Part shown: positions 1 through 10,588 of the stretch, in pieces
Position numbering within the stretch: the stretch's first letter is position 1
How the letters are laid out: every line of letters starts with the position of its first letter
Source of the DNA: Ignavibacteriales bacterium
GTDB lineage: Bacteria > Bacteroidota > Ignavibacteria > UBA10030
NCBI GenBank assembly: GCA_026390595.1
Contig: JAPLFQ010000011.1
Location: 5,340-69,339 of the forward strand
Length of the DNA stretch: 64,000 nt
Direction of reading: 5' to 3'
Notes under the pieces: model-generated
The model's input: the letters and a program-made list of their open reading frames with translations, nothing else
Databases searched by the model: none
Told to the model about the DNA's origin: nothing
Program-made: the position numbers and the translations under genes

Positions 1-45
1 GCCGGGAAACGGCAATAAAATCAATAGAAATCAGTGATAATTGTT

Positions 46-62
46 CTGGCACGCTCCTTGAG
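46..62 (+). promoter_or_regulatory. candidate sigma-54 type promoter (-24 CTGGCACG, -12 TTGA); a sigma-70-like TTGTTC-17nt-TATACT (41-69) overlaps it
   Basis: CTGGCACGCTCCTTGAG read directly. The -24 half matches YTGGCACG exactly; the -12 half (TTGCW) matches only 3/5. Lies upstream of the 118 ATG and its GGAG RBS (108-111). Confidence 0.3.
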
Positions 63-117
63 ATATACTGATACAGATATGAAAACAATCACAAAAAATA
101 CTAACTTGGAGTCAACA

Positions 118-618
118 ATGAAGAAGTCAATCGTAGTTATCGCCCTCGTAGTCCTGAGCTTCGCAGTTGCACAAAACGCAATGGCGCAGGCAACGGCCAC
201 ACAGAATGTCAGTCTGGCTGTCAACGCAGTTTACAAGATCGCAACCTCTGGCAACCCCGGTGCAATGACCATCACCACAGGTACTGCCGGAACGAACGCA
301 CTGACCTCAGTCACAGACGCTTCCACCAACTATAGCATCACACAGAATTTTGCCTCCACCGTAAAGATCACAGCAACCCTCGACGCAGCCCTGGCAGCCG
401 GTTACACGCTGCAGATCAACCTGGCGAGCGTCAAGGGAACGAGTGCAGGAAACGTTGATATCTCTGCCACGACCCCAGCCAGTGCGGCGAGTGTTGTGAC
501 TGCGATTGCCCTGGGTGCCGATGCAAGCAAGACGATCACCTACACCTTTGGTGCAAACGCTTCCGCCGGCACGCTTGCCTCGACGGCGAAGGTTGTGACG
601 CTGACACTGACCAACTAA
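118..618 (+). CDS. secreted Ala/Thr/Asn-rich beta-type protein (pilin/adhesin-like), function unknown
   Basis: The ORF 34..618 has an internal ATG at 118 with a GGAG RBS. MKKSIVVIALVVLSFAVAQNAMA is a signal peptide. Followed by a strong terminator. Confidence 0.6.
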   Translation: MKKSIVVIALVVLSFAVAQNAMAQATATQNVSLAVNAVYKIATSGNPGAMTITTGTAGTNALTSVTDASTNYSITQNFASTVKITATLDAALAAGYTLQINLASVKGTSAGNVDISATTPASAASVVTAIALGADASKTITYTFGANASAGTLASTAKVVTLTLTN

Positions 619-650
619 GATCTTCGGGCAATTCAGTTACCTCCATGAAC

Positions 651-690
651 GAGAGGGCGCCACGTTGAGGGTGGCGCCCTCTCTGTTTTT
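651..690 (+). terminator. rho-independent terminator
   Basis: 13-bp perfect GC-rich stem GAGAGGGCGCCAC / GTGGCGCCCTCTC, 7-nt loop, then TGTTTTT. Confidence 0.8.
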
Positions 691-835
691 ATTCCTCCCC
701 ATACGGTTCCGTACCAACGCCCACGCACACACAGAGCTCACCCGACGCTGATTGAGTACCGGCGACGTGTTCGCTGGATTGTGATTATGATGCGGGTTGG
801 TACATCCGGCAATGGGAACGGAAGAGAGGTCGGCT

Positions 836-2008
836 TCAGCCGCTGATCGCCGTGACGATTCTCCTGATCCCCTCCGAAACGATTTGCGACTTCGGCAACA
901 AGCTTACGACAATACACGAAGGTATATCAAATTCGAATAGCTGCCCTGGGTACACAAGGACACCTTGTGAGCGCAGGAGCTCCAATGCCCACTCTTCATC
1001 CGATCGGATTGCAGGCAGGCGAAGAACCGCACTCCATCCCCCCTCGCACGCGAAGAGACTTGCCGGCAATGAAGCCGAGAAGGTTCTTCTCAACTCCTCA
1101 ACGTTGCTCACCAGTCGTTCCTTGATTTTTCCGGTCATTGGAGAGCCATTGCCCATGAGCGATCCCAGCGAGTGCTGCACTGGCGTCCCGACAGAAAGGA
1201 ACGTATCTGCGATAATTTCGAGTCTCCTCAGTGCTTCAGAGCAAAGGTGGTCTGGCCCTGATACGGCGATCCAGGCCAGTTTCAGTTGAGGCAAGCCTCC
1301 GAGTTTCGAAATTCCGTTCAACGTAAACGTGAGCGTCCCGTGCGTACCTGCAAAACTTCCAAACCGCCTTGCGCTCTCTCCTAACGAATACGCCCCGAAC
1401 ACTTCGTCCACAATCAACGGGATGCCAAGCTCCCTTGATACCCTGACGATGCGTTCCGCCTCGTCTGTTGTTATGTAGGAACCTGTTGGGTTGTTCGGAT
1501 GAACGAGAACGAGCGCTTTTGTCCCAGCCGTCAGGACATTCTCAAGCGACGGCCAGTCAACATGCCACTCGCCATCATACGCCAGGCCATAGTGACGGCA
1601 TTCCACATCGTTCAGGCGGGCCAGATAATCGAAGAGAGGGTAGCTCGGTTTGGGTACTGCAATGCTCTCCGCCGAATTGCAGAGCAGCCCCAGAAGGAAG
1701 GAATACGCCTCGCTCGTGCTGGAAGCAAGAACGATGTGAGACGGATCGACGATGGTACCCTGACGGCAGTACCACCGTGCAATCACCTGGCGCGCGTCGA
1801 ACAAACCCTTCGGGTCGGGATCATAGTTGATCGATCGCTGAAGTGCGGACCGGGGTATCAGATCGTCGGGGTCAGAAAGGAAACCGCATTTGGTGGGATT
1901 GGACTCTGTGAGATCGATGATTTCCTTCCCGGCAGCCCTCATTTCCTGCGCCAGCGCAAACAGAGGCGCAGGAACGGAATCCCAGTTTGTCCGAGCGGAA
2001 AACATCAT
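836..2008 (-). CDS. PLP-dependent aminotransferase, class I/II
   Basis: 390 aa. Has HPNNPTG and the SK-containing NGISKLGGLPQLKLAW Lys-PLP region typical of AlaA/AspC-like transaminases. Confidence 0.85.
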   Translation of the reverse strand: MMFSARTNWDSVPAPLFALAQEMRAAGKEIIDLTESNPTKCGFLSDPDDLIPRSALQRSINYDPDPKGLFDARQVIARWYCRQGTIVDPSHIVLASSTSEAYSFLLGLLCNSAESIAVPKPSYPLFDYLARLNDVECRHYGLAYDGEWHVDWPSLENVLTAGTKALVLVHPNNPTGSYITTDEAERIVRVSRELGIPLIVDEVFGAYSLGESARRFGSFAGTHGTLTFTLNGISKLGGLPQLKLAWIAVSGPDHLCSEALRRLEIIADTFLSVGTPVQHSLGSLMGNGSPMTGKIKERLVSNVEELRRTFSASLPASLFACEGGWSAVLRLPAIRSDEEWALELLRSQGVLVYPGQLFEFDIPSCIVVSLLPKSQIVSEGIRRIVTAISG

Positions 2009-2058
2009 GTGGTCAGATCACTGTGGATGAAGTCCTGCCGAGGGCCACGAAATCACCT

Positions 2059-3951
2059 TCAATCCTCAACAATTTCCACCTTTTTCTTGGACATCCGGTT
2101 GCGCTCGTTGTGGTCAAGATAGCGCTTCCGAAGACGGATGGAATGAGGCGTCACTTCCACGTATTCGTCATCGCCGATCCATTCGATCGCCTGTTCGAGC
2201 GTCATGATATGGGGAGTTTCCAGGCGGATAGCTTCGTCAGAACCGGACGCGCGCATGTTCGTCAGGTGCTTCGTCTTGCAAACATTCACCACCATGTCAT
2301 GCTCGCGCGAGTTCTCACCGACAACCATACCGCGATACACTTTCACGCCCGGCTCCATGAAGAATGTGGAGCGTTCCCGAAGCTTCCACATGGCGTACGC
2401 GACGGAGGTGCCATCTTCGAGCGCGATGAGAGAGCCGCGCGTGCGATGGGCGAATTCCCCTTTGTTCGGTTCGTACCCATTGAAATTGTGGTGGAGTATT
2501 CCCGTGCCCCTGGTCTGTGTCATGAATTCGGACCTGAACCCGAGCAGGCCTCGGGCAGGCACAATGAACTCGAGACGCGTATTCCCCTGCACTTGTATCA
2601 TGTTCTTCATGGTTCCCTTGCGCCGGCCCATGTTTTCGATCACCACTCCGCTATGCTCGTCAGGCACATCGATAATGACATGCTCCATTGGCTCGCAGAG
2701 AACATCGTCGATCCACTTGTAGATCACCTCGGGCCTGGACACCTGGAACTCAAATCCCTCTCTCCGCATGGTTTCGATCAGGATCGCGAGATGCAGCTCT
2801 CCGCGTCCGCTGACCTTGAACACGTCCGGAGAATCCGTGAGCTCCACGCGCAGGCTGACATTCGAGCGGATCTCCTTCGCCAATCGTTCACCGAGATGCC
2901 GCGTCGTGACATATTTTCCGTCGAGACCTGCGAAGGGTGAATTGTTGACGACGAAGTTCATTGAAAGTGTTGGCTCTTCGATCGACACGAACGGCAACGG
3001 CGAAGGGTCGGATGCGTCAGCAACCGTTTCACCGATATCGACATCTTCCATTCCGGCAAGCGCGACAATGTCACCAGCGCCGGCTTCTGCAGCTTCGATG
3101 CGCTTCAGCCCTTCGAACACATAGATTTTCGTCACGCGGGCATCATCGACCGAAGCATCCCGATGAATGACTTTCATCGGGGAGCCCAGCTTGATTGTTC
3201 CACGGTTGATGCGACCGATTCCAAGCCTGCCGAGGTAGTCATTGTAGTCGATTGTGGTGACGAGCATTTGAAATGGCAAATCGACATCGCCGGGCGGAGG
3301 GGGCACCTTTTCGATGATTGATTCAAAGAGAGGTTTGAGATTGGTACTGGGATCGTCGAGCTCCCGTTTGGCAACTCCCTGCTTCGCGATGGCATAGATG
3401 ATCGGAAAATCGAGCTGGTGATCGTGTGCCCCGAGAGAAAGAAAAAGTTCAAAGACCTCGTCCAGCACCTCGTGTGCCCGGGCGTCCTTGCGGTCAATCT
3501 TGTTGATGACGACAATCGGCTGGAGGTTCAGCTCCAGGGACTTCTTCAGAACGAATTTCGTTCCTGGGAGGGGCCCTTCTGCGGCGTCGACCAGCAGGAG
3601 GACACCGTCGACCATTTTGAGTGTCCGCTCCACCTCGCCCGCAAAATCAGAGTGTCCCGGTGTATCGACAATGTTGATTTTGTAAGTGGTTCCTTCGGTC
3701 GGCGTATAAAAAACTGCCGTATTTTTGGCCAGAATCGTAATGCCGCGTTCCCGTTCCAGGTCATTTGAATCCATCACCCGCGTAGCGACATCCTGGTTGG
3801 CGCGAAACGTCCCGGTCTGCCGGAACATGTGGTCCACCAGCGTGGTCTTCCCGTGGTCAACGTGGGCGATGATTGCAATATTTCTGATATTTTCTCGAAC
3901 CTTCATATTCTCTCGTACTATTCCCTTCCGCTCATTCTCAATCTTCTGCAT
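2059..3951 (-). CDS. typA: translational GTPase TypA/BipA
   Basis: [27 protein letters not shown] and NKIDR G-motifs over the full ~600-aa TypA architecture. The true start may be the ATG at 3906. Confidence 0.95.
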   Translation of the reverse strand: MQKIENERKGIVRENMKVRENIRNIAIIAHVDHGKTTLVDHMFRQTGTFRANQDVATRVMDSNDLERERGITILAKNTAVFYTPTEGTTYKINIVDTPGHSDFAGEVERTLKMVDGVLLLVDAAEGPLPGTKFVLKKSLELNLQPIVVINKIDRKDARAHEVLDEVFELFLSLGAHDHQLDFPIIYAIAKQGVAKRELDDPSTNLKPLFESIIEKVPPPPGDVDLPFQMLVTTIDYNDYLGRLGIGRINRGTIKLGSPMKVIHRDASVDDARVTKIYVFEGLKRIEAAEAGAGDIVALAGMEDVDIGETVADASDPSPLPFVSIEEPTLSMNFVVNNSPFAGLDGKYVTTRHLGERLAKEIRSNVSLRVELTDSPDVFKVSGRGELHLAILIETMRREGFEFQVSRPEVIYKWIDDVLCEPMEHVIIDVPDEHSGVVIENMGRRKGTMKNMIQVQGNTRLEFIVPARGLLGFRSEFMTQTRGTGILHHNFNGYEPNKGEFAHRTRGSLIALEDGTSVAYAMWKLRERSTFFMEPGVKVYRGMVVGENSREHDMVVNVCKTKHLTNMRASGSDEAIRLETPHIMTLEQAIEWIGDDEYVEVTPHSIRLRKRYLDHNERNRMSKKKVEIVED

Positions 3952-4178
3952 ACCGAGCGCCTGGCCGGCAGAAAAAAAATGCCTCAGGTTTCGTGCATCA
4001 ACCAGAGGCCAATCAATTTTTCACTCTTGCTCTTCGATTTAAATATAACACTTTTTACTGAGAATGAAAAGCGGAGATCCGAGACAGAAGTCGTTGCAGC
4101 AGATGCCATTTAGCTGTATCTTTCACCCATCACCGTGCACCAGTCATTCATCGCCATAATCAAAAGGGAGAACGCACT

Positions 4179-4601
4179 ATGCGCAGGTTCATTCTGGTCA
4201 TCTTGATCGCAATCGTCGCGGTTGGCCTCGTCAACGCTCAAGCGACAAAACCCCAAACCGTGAAGCTTGCTGTCGCAGGTATGACGTGCGAGAGCTGCGT
4301 GACAAAAGTCGACAAGGCGCTCCGTGGAGTCGAAGGCGTGAAAGATGTGAAGGTCGATCTCAAGAAGCAGACAGCAGTGGTCACAATGGCCTCAGCGGCC
4401 GTAAAACCTGAAGCTCTCTTCAAGGCAGTGAAGGACGCCGGTTTCAAAGCGGCCATTGGAAAGCTTCCTGTAGCACCTTCGAAGATGGAAGAGAATTGCG
4501 ACGGGTGCAAGGATATGGACGGCAAGAAAGAAGGCGAAGCCAAGAAAGAGGATTGCTGCAAACCCGAGACAGCCAAAAAGAAGACAGGGTCGAACAGCTG
4601 A
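4179..4601 (+). CDS. secreted heavy-metal-associated (HMA) domain protein with a Cys/Lys-rich tail
   Basis: Signal peptide, GMTCESC metal-binding motif, and a C-terminal CDGC...CC tail. Confidence 0.8.
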   Translation: MRRFILVILIAIVAVGLVNAQATKPQTVKLAVAGMTCESCVTKVDKALRGVEGVKDVKVDLKKQTAVVTMASAAVKPEALFKAVKDAGFKAAIGKLPVAPSKMEENCDGCKDMDGKKEGEAKKEDCCKPETAKKKTGSNS

Positions 4602-4636
4602 CGGTTTAGCGCTCGTTGAGTCAAGAGTTCGTATTC

Positions 4637-4672
4637 AAGCCGTTGCAGGAAATTGATGCAACGGCTTTTTTG
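4637..4672 (+). terminator. rho-independent terminator
   Basis: AAGCCGTTGCA / TGCAACGGCTT stem followed by a T-run. Confidence 0.75.
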
Positions 4673-4730
4673 TTCGTCGTTGAATGATCATGTGGTCGGA
4701 TCAGCGATCCGACCGGACAGAGCGGACGGC

Positions 4731-5387
4731 TCACCTCCACACCACAATCTCATCCACTTCCTTTCGGTGTATGTCAGGCACCGTTGCCCCCTCTTTGGGA
4801 TATCCCACCGGTAGTAACAGAAACGGCTTTTCGTTCTCTGGCCTCCCGAGGATTCTTTGAAGAAAGTCCATCGGGCTTGGCGTATGCGTCAACGACACCA
4901 ATCCGGCGTTGTGAATCGCCGCGATCAAAAATCCTGACGCGATCCCGACAGATTCTTTGACGTAGTAGTTCTTCCGTATCCTGTTTTCTTCCTTCGTGTA
5001 CGAGACAGCGAACACAACAATGAGAGCCGGGGCAACTTCCAGAAATTCCTTGTGCCAGTCGGTGCCGAGTGCGGAAAGGTCATCCAGCCACTCTTGCGGC
5101 ATTCTGCTTTCATAGCTTTGCTTCTCTTCCGCTTCTGCAGCGATCCGTATCTGGCGCTTCAAATCAGGATCGGTGACTACGACAAACCGCCATGGCTGCT
5201 TGTTTGCCCCGGACGGCGCCGTCCCGGCCGTCCTGAGAATGAGTTCCAGGATATCCTTCGAGACAAGCTTGTCTGAAAACTTGCGAACGGTGCGACGGTG
5301 GCTGCATAACTCAAGAAACTTCTCTGCGCGTTGAATTTGCTCCTGCTGAGACAACGCTGTGTAGACGAGCGGGATGAAGCCGGGCAT
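4731..5387 (-). CDS. nitroreductase-family flavoprotein, iodotyrosine-deiodinase-like subfamily
   Basis: RRTVRKF, PWRFVVV, and the lid segment EEKQSYESRMPQEWLDDLSALGTDWHKEFLEVAP, which resembles the IYD substrate lid as I recall it. Confidence 0.8.
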   Translation of the reverse strand: MPGFIPLVYTALSQQEQIQRAEKFLELCSHRRTVRKFSDKLVSKDILELILRTAGTAPSGANKQPWRFVVVTDPDLKRQIRIAAEAEEKQSYESRMPQEWLDDLSALGTDWHKEFLEVAPALIVVFAVSYTKEENRIRKNYYVKESVGIASGFLIAAIHNAGLVSLTHTPSPMDFLQRILGRPENEKPFLLLPVGYPKEGATVPDIHRKEVDEIVVWR

Positions 5388-5609
5388 GATGACTCCGTGA
5401 TGGTTATGAAAAGTGGATAGTACTTTTATTCGCCGGCTAATGCAAGCAGCAGGTTCAATTGCGAGTCCAGCGACTTTTCGCTACATTCGGTCACCCTGAC
5501 TGTCCGGGATACCCGCGATGGCCGGGGTGAGGTGTTTTCTCCCGGTTAGTTCAGGGAATTGTCGATTGCCGATTTGCGATTGTTGACTGGAAAAAATGTC
5601 GGGAAATGA

Positions 5610-8600
5610 TTGAACGTCAGGATGATCGAAGAGATTAGGAAGAAAATAGAGGGCTCTGAGCCGTTCAGGAATCTCCTGCATAGGAGTAAACAGCTGGCCG
5701 CAGGAGAAAACGTCGCGATCCGGGGAATCAATGGTTCGCTCATGGCTTTCGTGGCAGCTTCGCTCTATGATACGAGGCAGACACAGGTAGTTCTGCTGAC
5801 GGCCGACAAGGACCGTGCAGAACAACTGCGTGACGATTGCGCATTACTCCTTGGTGAACACTCGGTGCGATTATATGCCCATGGCCCGAGCCACAAGGCG
5901 GCCGCACTCGACATGACCGCTCCGATCGCACAGGTCGAGGCGCTCAAAGCGCTTGCCGCGAAAGAAACGATCGTCGTTGTCACGAGCGCAGAAGCGATTA
6001 CCGGGCTCGTACCGCCTCCGAACGAATTCAAGCAGAGAAGCTTCGAGATCACGGCGGGAAAAGATCATCCCTTCGAAGATCTTATCAGTCAGCTGATAGC
6101 CCTCGGTTTTGAGCGGAAGGATTTCGTGGAAGAGTACGGGGATTTCTCTGTACGCGGGGGAATTCTCGACGTTTTTCCTTACGTGGGCGACAACCCGATC
6201 CGCATTGAATTCTGGGGGGATTCGATTGAATCGATCAGAGAGTTCGACGCTCTCTCCCAGAGATCGATCAGAGAGCTTCAGTCGGCAAGCATTGTCGCGA
6301 GTCTCTTGCCCGAACAAGACGGCCTGGCTGTACACTCGTCCATGCTCGAGTACCTTGCCAACGATGCGCTATTCATCATCGATGAGCCTGCCGCTGTTCA
6401 GAAAGAAGTTGAAGAGCTGTTCCGCGAGGGAGTGCAGAACATCCTGTCGTGGGAATCGCTCGTGGAGCAGTCGAATCACTTTCCGAAAATCCTCCATTCC
6501 TTCATAAGTGATTCAAAGCACTCCGAACCCATCGAATTCTTCAGTCTTCAGCAGCCGTCTGTGAACGGCAGCATCAAGGTTCTTCTCCATCAAATCAGCG
6601 AACTGGCCCTTGAAGGAAATGAGCTGGTCCTTGTGTGCGATACGCACGAGGAGGCAGACCGTCTCAAAGAGCTGCTGGAAGAGGAATTCACGACAGCGGA
6701 TTCCGATGGCGAAGAATCGAACACTGAAACCGCACCAGCTCAGGCACCGCACCAGCCGTCCTATCAAATGATGACCGAGGCTCTGCACCTCGGCTTCATC
6801 TATCCCCCTTCCCGTCTCGCCCTCTTCACGGAGCATCAGGTATTCGGACGACTCAAACGGCGGGGGACCAGCAAGCGGAAGAGGTTCAAGGGATTCAGCC
6901 AGAAGGAAGCGCAACAGTTACGGCGGAGCGACTATGTAGTGCACATCGACTATGGCATTGGCCGATTCGCGGGATTGCAGAAACTGAAAGTCCGTGGAGT
7001 TGACCAGGAGGTCATGAGGGTTCTGTACGAAGGGAACGACGTTCTCTATGTTAACCTGAACTTCGTCAACCGTGTCCAGAAATACGCGTCACAAGAGGGA
7101 CATCTTCCAAAACTTTCAAAGCTCGGGGCACCGGATTGGGAACGCCTCAAGTCCCGTGCACGAAAACGCATCAAAGACATCGCCCGTGAGCTTATTGCCC
7201 TCTACGCGCGCCGCCGGACCGAGCAGGGATTCGCTTTCGCTCCCGACACGCACTGGCAAAAAGAGCTCGAAGCGTCGTTCATGTTTGAGGACACACCCGA
7301 TCAAGCCAAAGCCACGAGGGATGTGAAACGGGATATGGAACTTCCGTCTCCGATGGACAGGTTGATTTGCGGAGATGTCGGCTTCGGCAAAACGGAGGTC
7401 GCGGTCCGGGCGGCGTTCAAATCCGTTCTGAACGGCAAGCAGGTCGCCATCCTTGTCCCCACAACCATCCTGGCCCAACAGCATCACAACACGTTCACAG
7501 ATCGTGTAGGGAGATACTCGGTACGTGTTGAATCGCTCTCGCGTTTCAAGTCAAAGAAGGAACAGGAAACGACACTCGAAGGATTGAAGGCGGGGACTGT
7601 CGACATCCTGATCGGCACCCACCGGCTGCTCTCCAAAGACGTGCAGTTCAAAGACCTGGGGTTGTTGATCATCGACGAGGAACATCGGTTCGGCGTCACC
7701 GCAAAAGAGAAATTGCGACACCTCCGGGCCACCGTGGATACGATGACACTGACGGCAACGCCGATACCGCGCACGCTGCAGTTTTCGCTCATGGGGGCGA
7801 GGGATCTCTCCCTCATCAACACGCCACCCCGTAACCGGCTTCCCATCCTGACGGAAATCGCTCAATTCGACCCGCAATTGATCCGCGAGGCCATCCTCAA
7901 GGAACTGCACAGGGGCGGACAGGTGTATTTCATCCATGACCGCATCCACGACATCGATGACATCCAGGCGATGCTCCATCGAAAGATACCTGAGGCGAAA
8001 TTTCATGTCGCACACGGGCAGATGAAGGGGCACGAACTCGAGAAGGCCATGATGGAGTTTCTCGAGAAGAAGTATGACGTTTTGATTTGCACGAAGATCA
8101 TCGAGTCGGGCATCGATATTCCCAGCGTCAATACGATCATCATCAATCGCGCAGACAGGTTTGGGCTTGCCGAACTCTATCAACTGCGTGGACGCGTTGG
8201 ACGGTCCAATGAGCAGGCCTACGCGTATCTCCTTACTCCACCAATTTCGAGCCTGCCCCGTATAACACTGCGGCGATTGCAGGCGATACAGGAGTTCACA
8301 GAGCTTGGCTCAGGCTTCAACCTTGCCATGCGGGATCTCGAAATACGCGGGGCTGGCAACCTGCTCGGGGCAGAGCAATCCGGCTTCATTATGGAGATGG
8401 GGATCGAAATGTATCAACGAATCGTGGAAGAAGCGGTCGCCGAGTTGAAGGAGCAGGAATTCGAAAAGTTGTTCCAGGGGGCCAAGGCTGAGGCACGCTG
8501 GAGAAACGGCGAGACCACGATCGACGCCGACGTGGAGGCGTATATTCCAGACGTGTTCATTGAATCCGATTCAGAGAGGCTCGATTTCTACCGGCGGTTG

Positions 8601-9011
8601 TATGGTCTTTCGTCCGATGATGAAATTCAGTCCATGCGGGATGAGCTGCGTGACCGGTTTGGGGAATATCCAGAGGAGGTGGAGAATCTGTTCGGCGTTG
8701 TCGAGCTCAAGACTATCGCCTCGAAGATCGGCTTCACGAAAGTTGAGATCCTCCGGAACCAGTTGTCCCTCTATTTTCCTTCTGCAGACGAAAAGAAGTT
8801 CTACGAAACGGACGACGGAGGTGTTCCCCCATTCCAACAGATCATGTCTCACATATCTACGTTGCGCCAGTATCGTGCCCATCTCAAGCAGGACGGTAAA
8901 CAGTTGAAACTGAATGCAACAATTCCGGGAGGACCCGATGCGCGCGCACTTCTCGCCTCGGTGAAGAGCTTGTTGACGACTTTCTCGACTCTCTCTTCCG
9001 GAACGGCATAG
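5610..9011 (+). CDS. mfd: transcription-repair coupling factor Mfd
   Basis: 1133 aa. Has a UvrB-homology N-terminal region, CarD/RID-like segment, SF2 motifs GDVGFGKTEVA, DEEHRFG and QLRGRVGR, and a TRCF C-terminal domain. Confidence 0.95.
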   Translation: MNVRMIEEIRKKIEGSEPFRNLLHRSKQLAAGENVAIRGINGSLMAFVAASLYDTRQTQVVLLTADKDRAEQLRDDCALLLGEHSVRLYAHGPSHKAAALDMTAPIAQVEALKALAAKETIVVVTSAEAITGLVPPPNEFKQRSFEITAGKDHPFEDLISQLIALGFERKDFVEEYGDFSVRGGILDVFPYVGDNPIRIEFWGDSIESIREFDALSQRSIRELQSASIVASLLPEQDGLAVHSSMLEYLANDALFIIDEPAAVQKEVEELFREGVQNILSWESLVEQSNHFPKILHSFISDSKHSEPIEFFSLQQPSVNGSIKVLLHQISELALEGNELVLVCDTHEEADRLKELLEEEFTTADSDGEESNTETAPAQAPHQPSYQMMTEALHLGFIYPPSRLALFTEHQVFGRLKRRGTSKRKRFKGFSQKEAQQLRRSDYVVHIDYGIGRFAGLQKLKVRGVDQEVMRVLYEGNDVLYVNLNFVNRVQKYASQEGHLPKLSKLGAPDWERLKSRARKRIKDIARELIALYARRRTEQGFAFAPDTHWQKELEASFMFEDTPDQAKATRDVKRDMELPSPMDRLICGDVGFGKTEVAVRAAFKSVLNGKQVAILVPTTILAQQHHNTFTDRVGRYSVRVESLSRFKSKKEQETTLEGLKAGTVDILIGTHRLLSKDVQFKDLGLLIIDEEHRFGVTAKEKLRHLRATVDTMTLTATPIPRTLQFSLMGARDLSLINTPPRNRLPILTEIAQFDPQLIREAILKELHRGGQVYFIHDRIHDIDDIQAMLHRKIPEAKFHVAHGQMKGHELEKAMMEFLEKKYDVLICTKIIESGIDIPSVNTIIINRADRFGLAELYQLRGRVGRSNEQAYAYLLTPPISSLPRITLRRLQAIQEFTELGSGFNLAMRDLEIRGAGNLLGAEQSGFIMEMGIEMYQRIVEEAVAELKEQEFEKLFQGAKAEARWRNGETTIDADVEAYIPDVFIESDSERLDFYRRLYGLSSDDEIQSMRDELRDRFGEYPEEVENLFGVVELKTIASKIGFTKVEILRNQLSLYFPSADEKKFYETDDGGVPPFQQIMSHISTLRQYRAHLKQDGKQLKLNATIPGGPDARALLASVKSLLTTFSTLSSGTA

Positions 9012-9027
9012 CGGCGGGCGACTGCGA

Positions 9028-9897
9028 ATGAAACGTCAATTCACAAAAGAAGCCGTCGCTGCTCTCCCGAACTCGCCCGGAGTGTATTTGTTCTACGGTT
9101 CGCTCAACGAACTCCTCTACGTCGGCAAGAGCAAAACGATCCGGACGAGGGTGCGATCGCATTTCTCATCTCCGGACGAACGATGGCTTTGCCGTAAGGT
9201 AACGCGGGTGGAAGTTCGCGAAACCGCCGGTGAGCTTGGAGCGCTTCTCCTGGAGTCGCAGCTGATCAAGGAGCTGCGGCCAATGTTCAATGTCGCTTCA
9301 CGCGAACGACGACGAATCATCATCGCCCGCCCGGCGACAAACGCTCACGGTTACACCGTTGTGAATCTTGATGCTGTGGATTTTCTGGACGTGAAGAAGG
9401 CAGAGCCGATCCTGGGCGTGTTCAAGCACAAGACGCAGGCAAAGGAGTATCTCGATCTGATCGCCAAGGCTCACCGATTGTGTCCAAAGCTCCTCCGACT
9501 CGAAGTTGCCCGGGGCTGCTGTTTCTCTTATCACCTCGGACAATGTGATGGAGCGTGCGTGGGTGAAGAGGATCCAGCCGCCTACAACGCTCGTGTCGAG
9601 GAAGCATTCGAAGTACGTCGCATCAAGGCGTGGCCCTACGAGGCGGGTGTGGTGGTGGAAGAATGTTCAAAGGACAATTCACGGCGGGAGTTCTTCCTCA
9701 TCGACAACTGGTGCCTTGTGACAAGCTTCAAATCAGTTGGCGATGGTTTTGAAAAAAGCGCCCACGTTCAGCACCGTTTCGACTACGACAGTTACAAGAT
9801 CCTCTTCAGCTATATGATGGACCCCGGGAACCACGAATCGATCAGACCGTACGGCCGGAAGGAATTCGAGAATATCCGCCGCGCCGGAATTCGATAG
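9028..9897 (+). CDS. GIY-YIG nuclease, Cho/UvrC-N-terminal-like
   Basis: GVYLFYG...LYVGKS...R GIY-YIG motif plus a UvrC-type Cys cluster (CFSYHLGQCDGAC). About 290 aa, like Cho. Begins 17 nt after mfd. Confidence 0.75.
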   Translation: MKRQFTKEAVAALPNSPGVYLFYGSLNELLYVGKSKTIRTRVRSHFSSPDERWLCRKVTRVEVRETAGELGALLLESQLIKELRPMFNVASRERRRIIIARPATNAHGYTVVNLDAVDFLDVKKAEPILGVFKHKTQAKEYLDLIAKAHRLCPKLLRLEVARGCCFSYHLGQCDGACVGEEDPAAYNARVEEAFEVRRIKAWPYEAGVVVEECSKDNSRREFFLIDNWCLVTSFKSVGDGFEKSAHVQHRFDYDSYKILFSYMMDPGNHESIRPYGRKEFENIRRAGIR

Positions 9898-10057
9898 AAG
9901 GTCTCCCCGTAGCTTGAGTCCCGCCTTTCTAAGGCTCTTCCTTGCCGATCTCCCTCTCAACTCAGACTGCAAATCCTTTGAATTCGTGATTTTTTGGTCA
10001 ATTTTGGCACTTCTTTGATTTTTTCAGGGAATGTCTCCTTCCGGGAACTTACTTCGA

Positions 10058-10089
10058 GTTTGAATGGTTTAAATTTGAAATACTCAAAC
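10058..10089. promoter_or_regulatory. candidate MarR operator (32-nt imperfect palindrome GTTTGA-N20-TCAAAC)
   Basis: 12 of 16 positions pair. Centred about 55 nt upstream of the MarR start. Confidence 0.3.
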
Positions 10090-10126
10090 ACGTGGGTTTG
10101 TTCCGAGGAGAATCTGGAAGGAAGCG

Positions 10127-10588
10127 ATGATGAGAACGACAGAGCAGTATGGAAAGAAGACAGATCTGGCGCTCAGCATGTGGGTGAAGCTCGCACGTGC
10201 ATCGTCGACGTTCGGCCGCCTCACTGGAAAGGACATAGAACGCTATGGACTGACTCAGCCCCAGTTTGGCGTATTCGAACTCCTGGGTCATCTCGGCCCG
10301 CTGACAATTGGCGAGGTGGGCAGGAAAATGCTCGTCACAGGCGGCTGTGTGACCGTCATTCTCGATAATCTGGAGAAGGAACATTTCGTCGAGAGAACCC
10401 GGAGCGCAGAAGACCGCCGGGTCATCAAAGTGCAGCTGACTGAAAAGGGGCAGCGTCTATTCAAGGAAGTATTTGAACAACACGCGCAACGCGTAACAGA
10501 ACTTGCATCGGTCCTCACTGCAGATGAACAGGTTCAGCTCTCACAACTACTCAGGAAACTGGGACTAGCACTCAAGGAAATGCAATGA
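10127..10588 (+). CDS. MarR-family transcriptional regulator
   Basis: 153 aa with a winged-HTH pattern (LTQPQFGVFELL...GEVGRKMLVTGG...LEKEHFVER...DRR). 4-nt overlap with the next gene. Confidence 0.85.
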   Translation: MMRTTEQYGKKTDLALSMWVKLARASSTFGRLTGKDIERYGLTQPQFGVFELLGHLGPLTIGEVGRKMLVTGGCVTVILDNLEKEHFVERTRSAEDRRVIKVQLTEKGQRLFKEVFEQHAQRVTELASVLTADEQVQLSQLLRKLGLALKEMQ

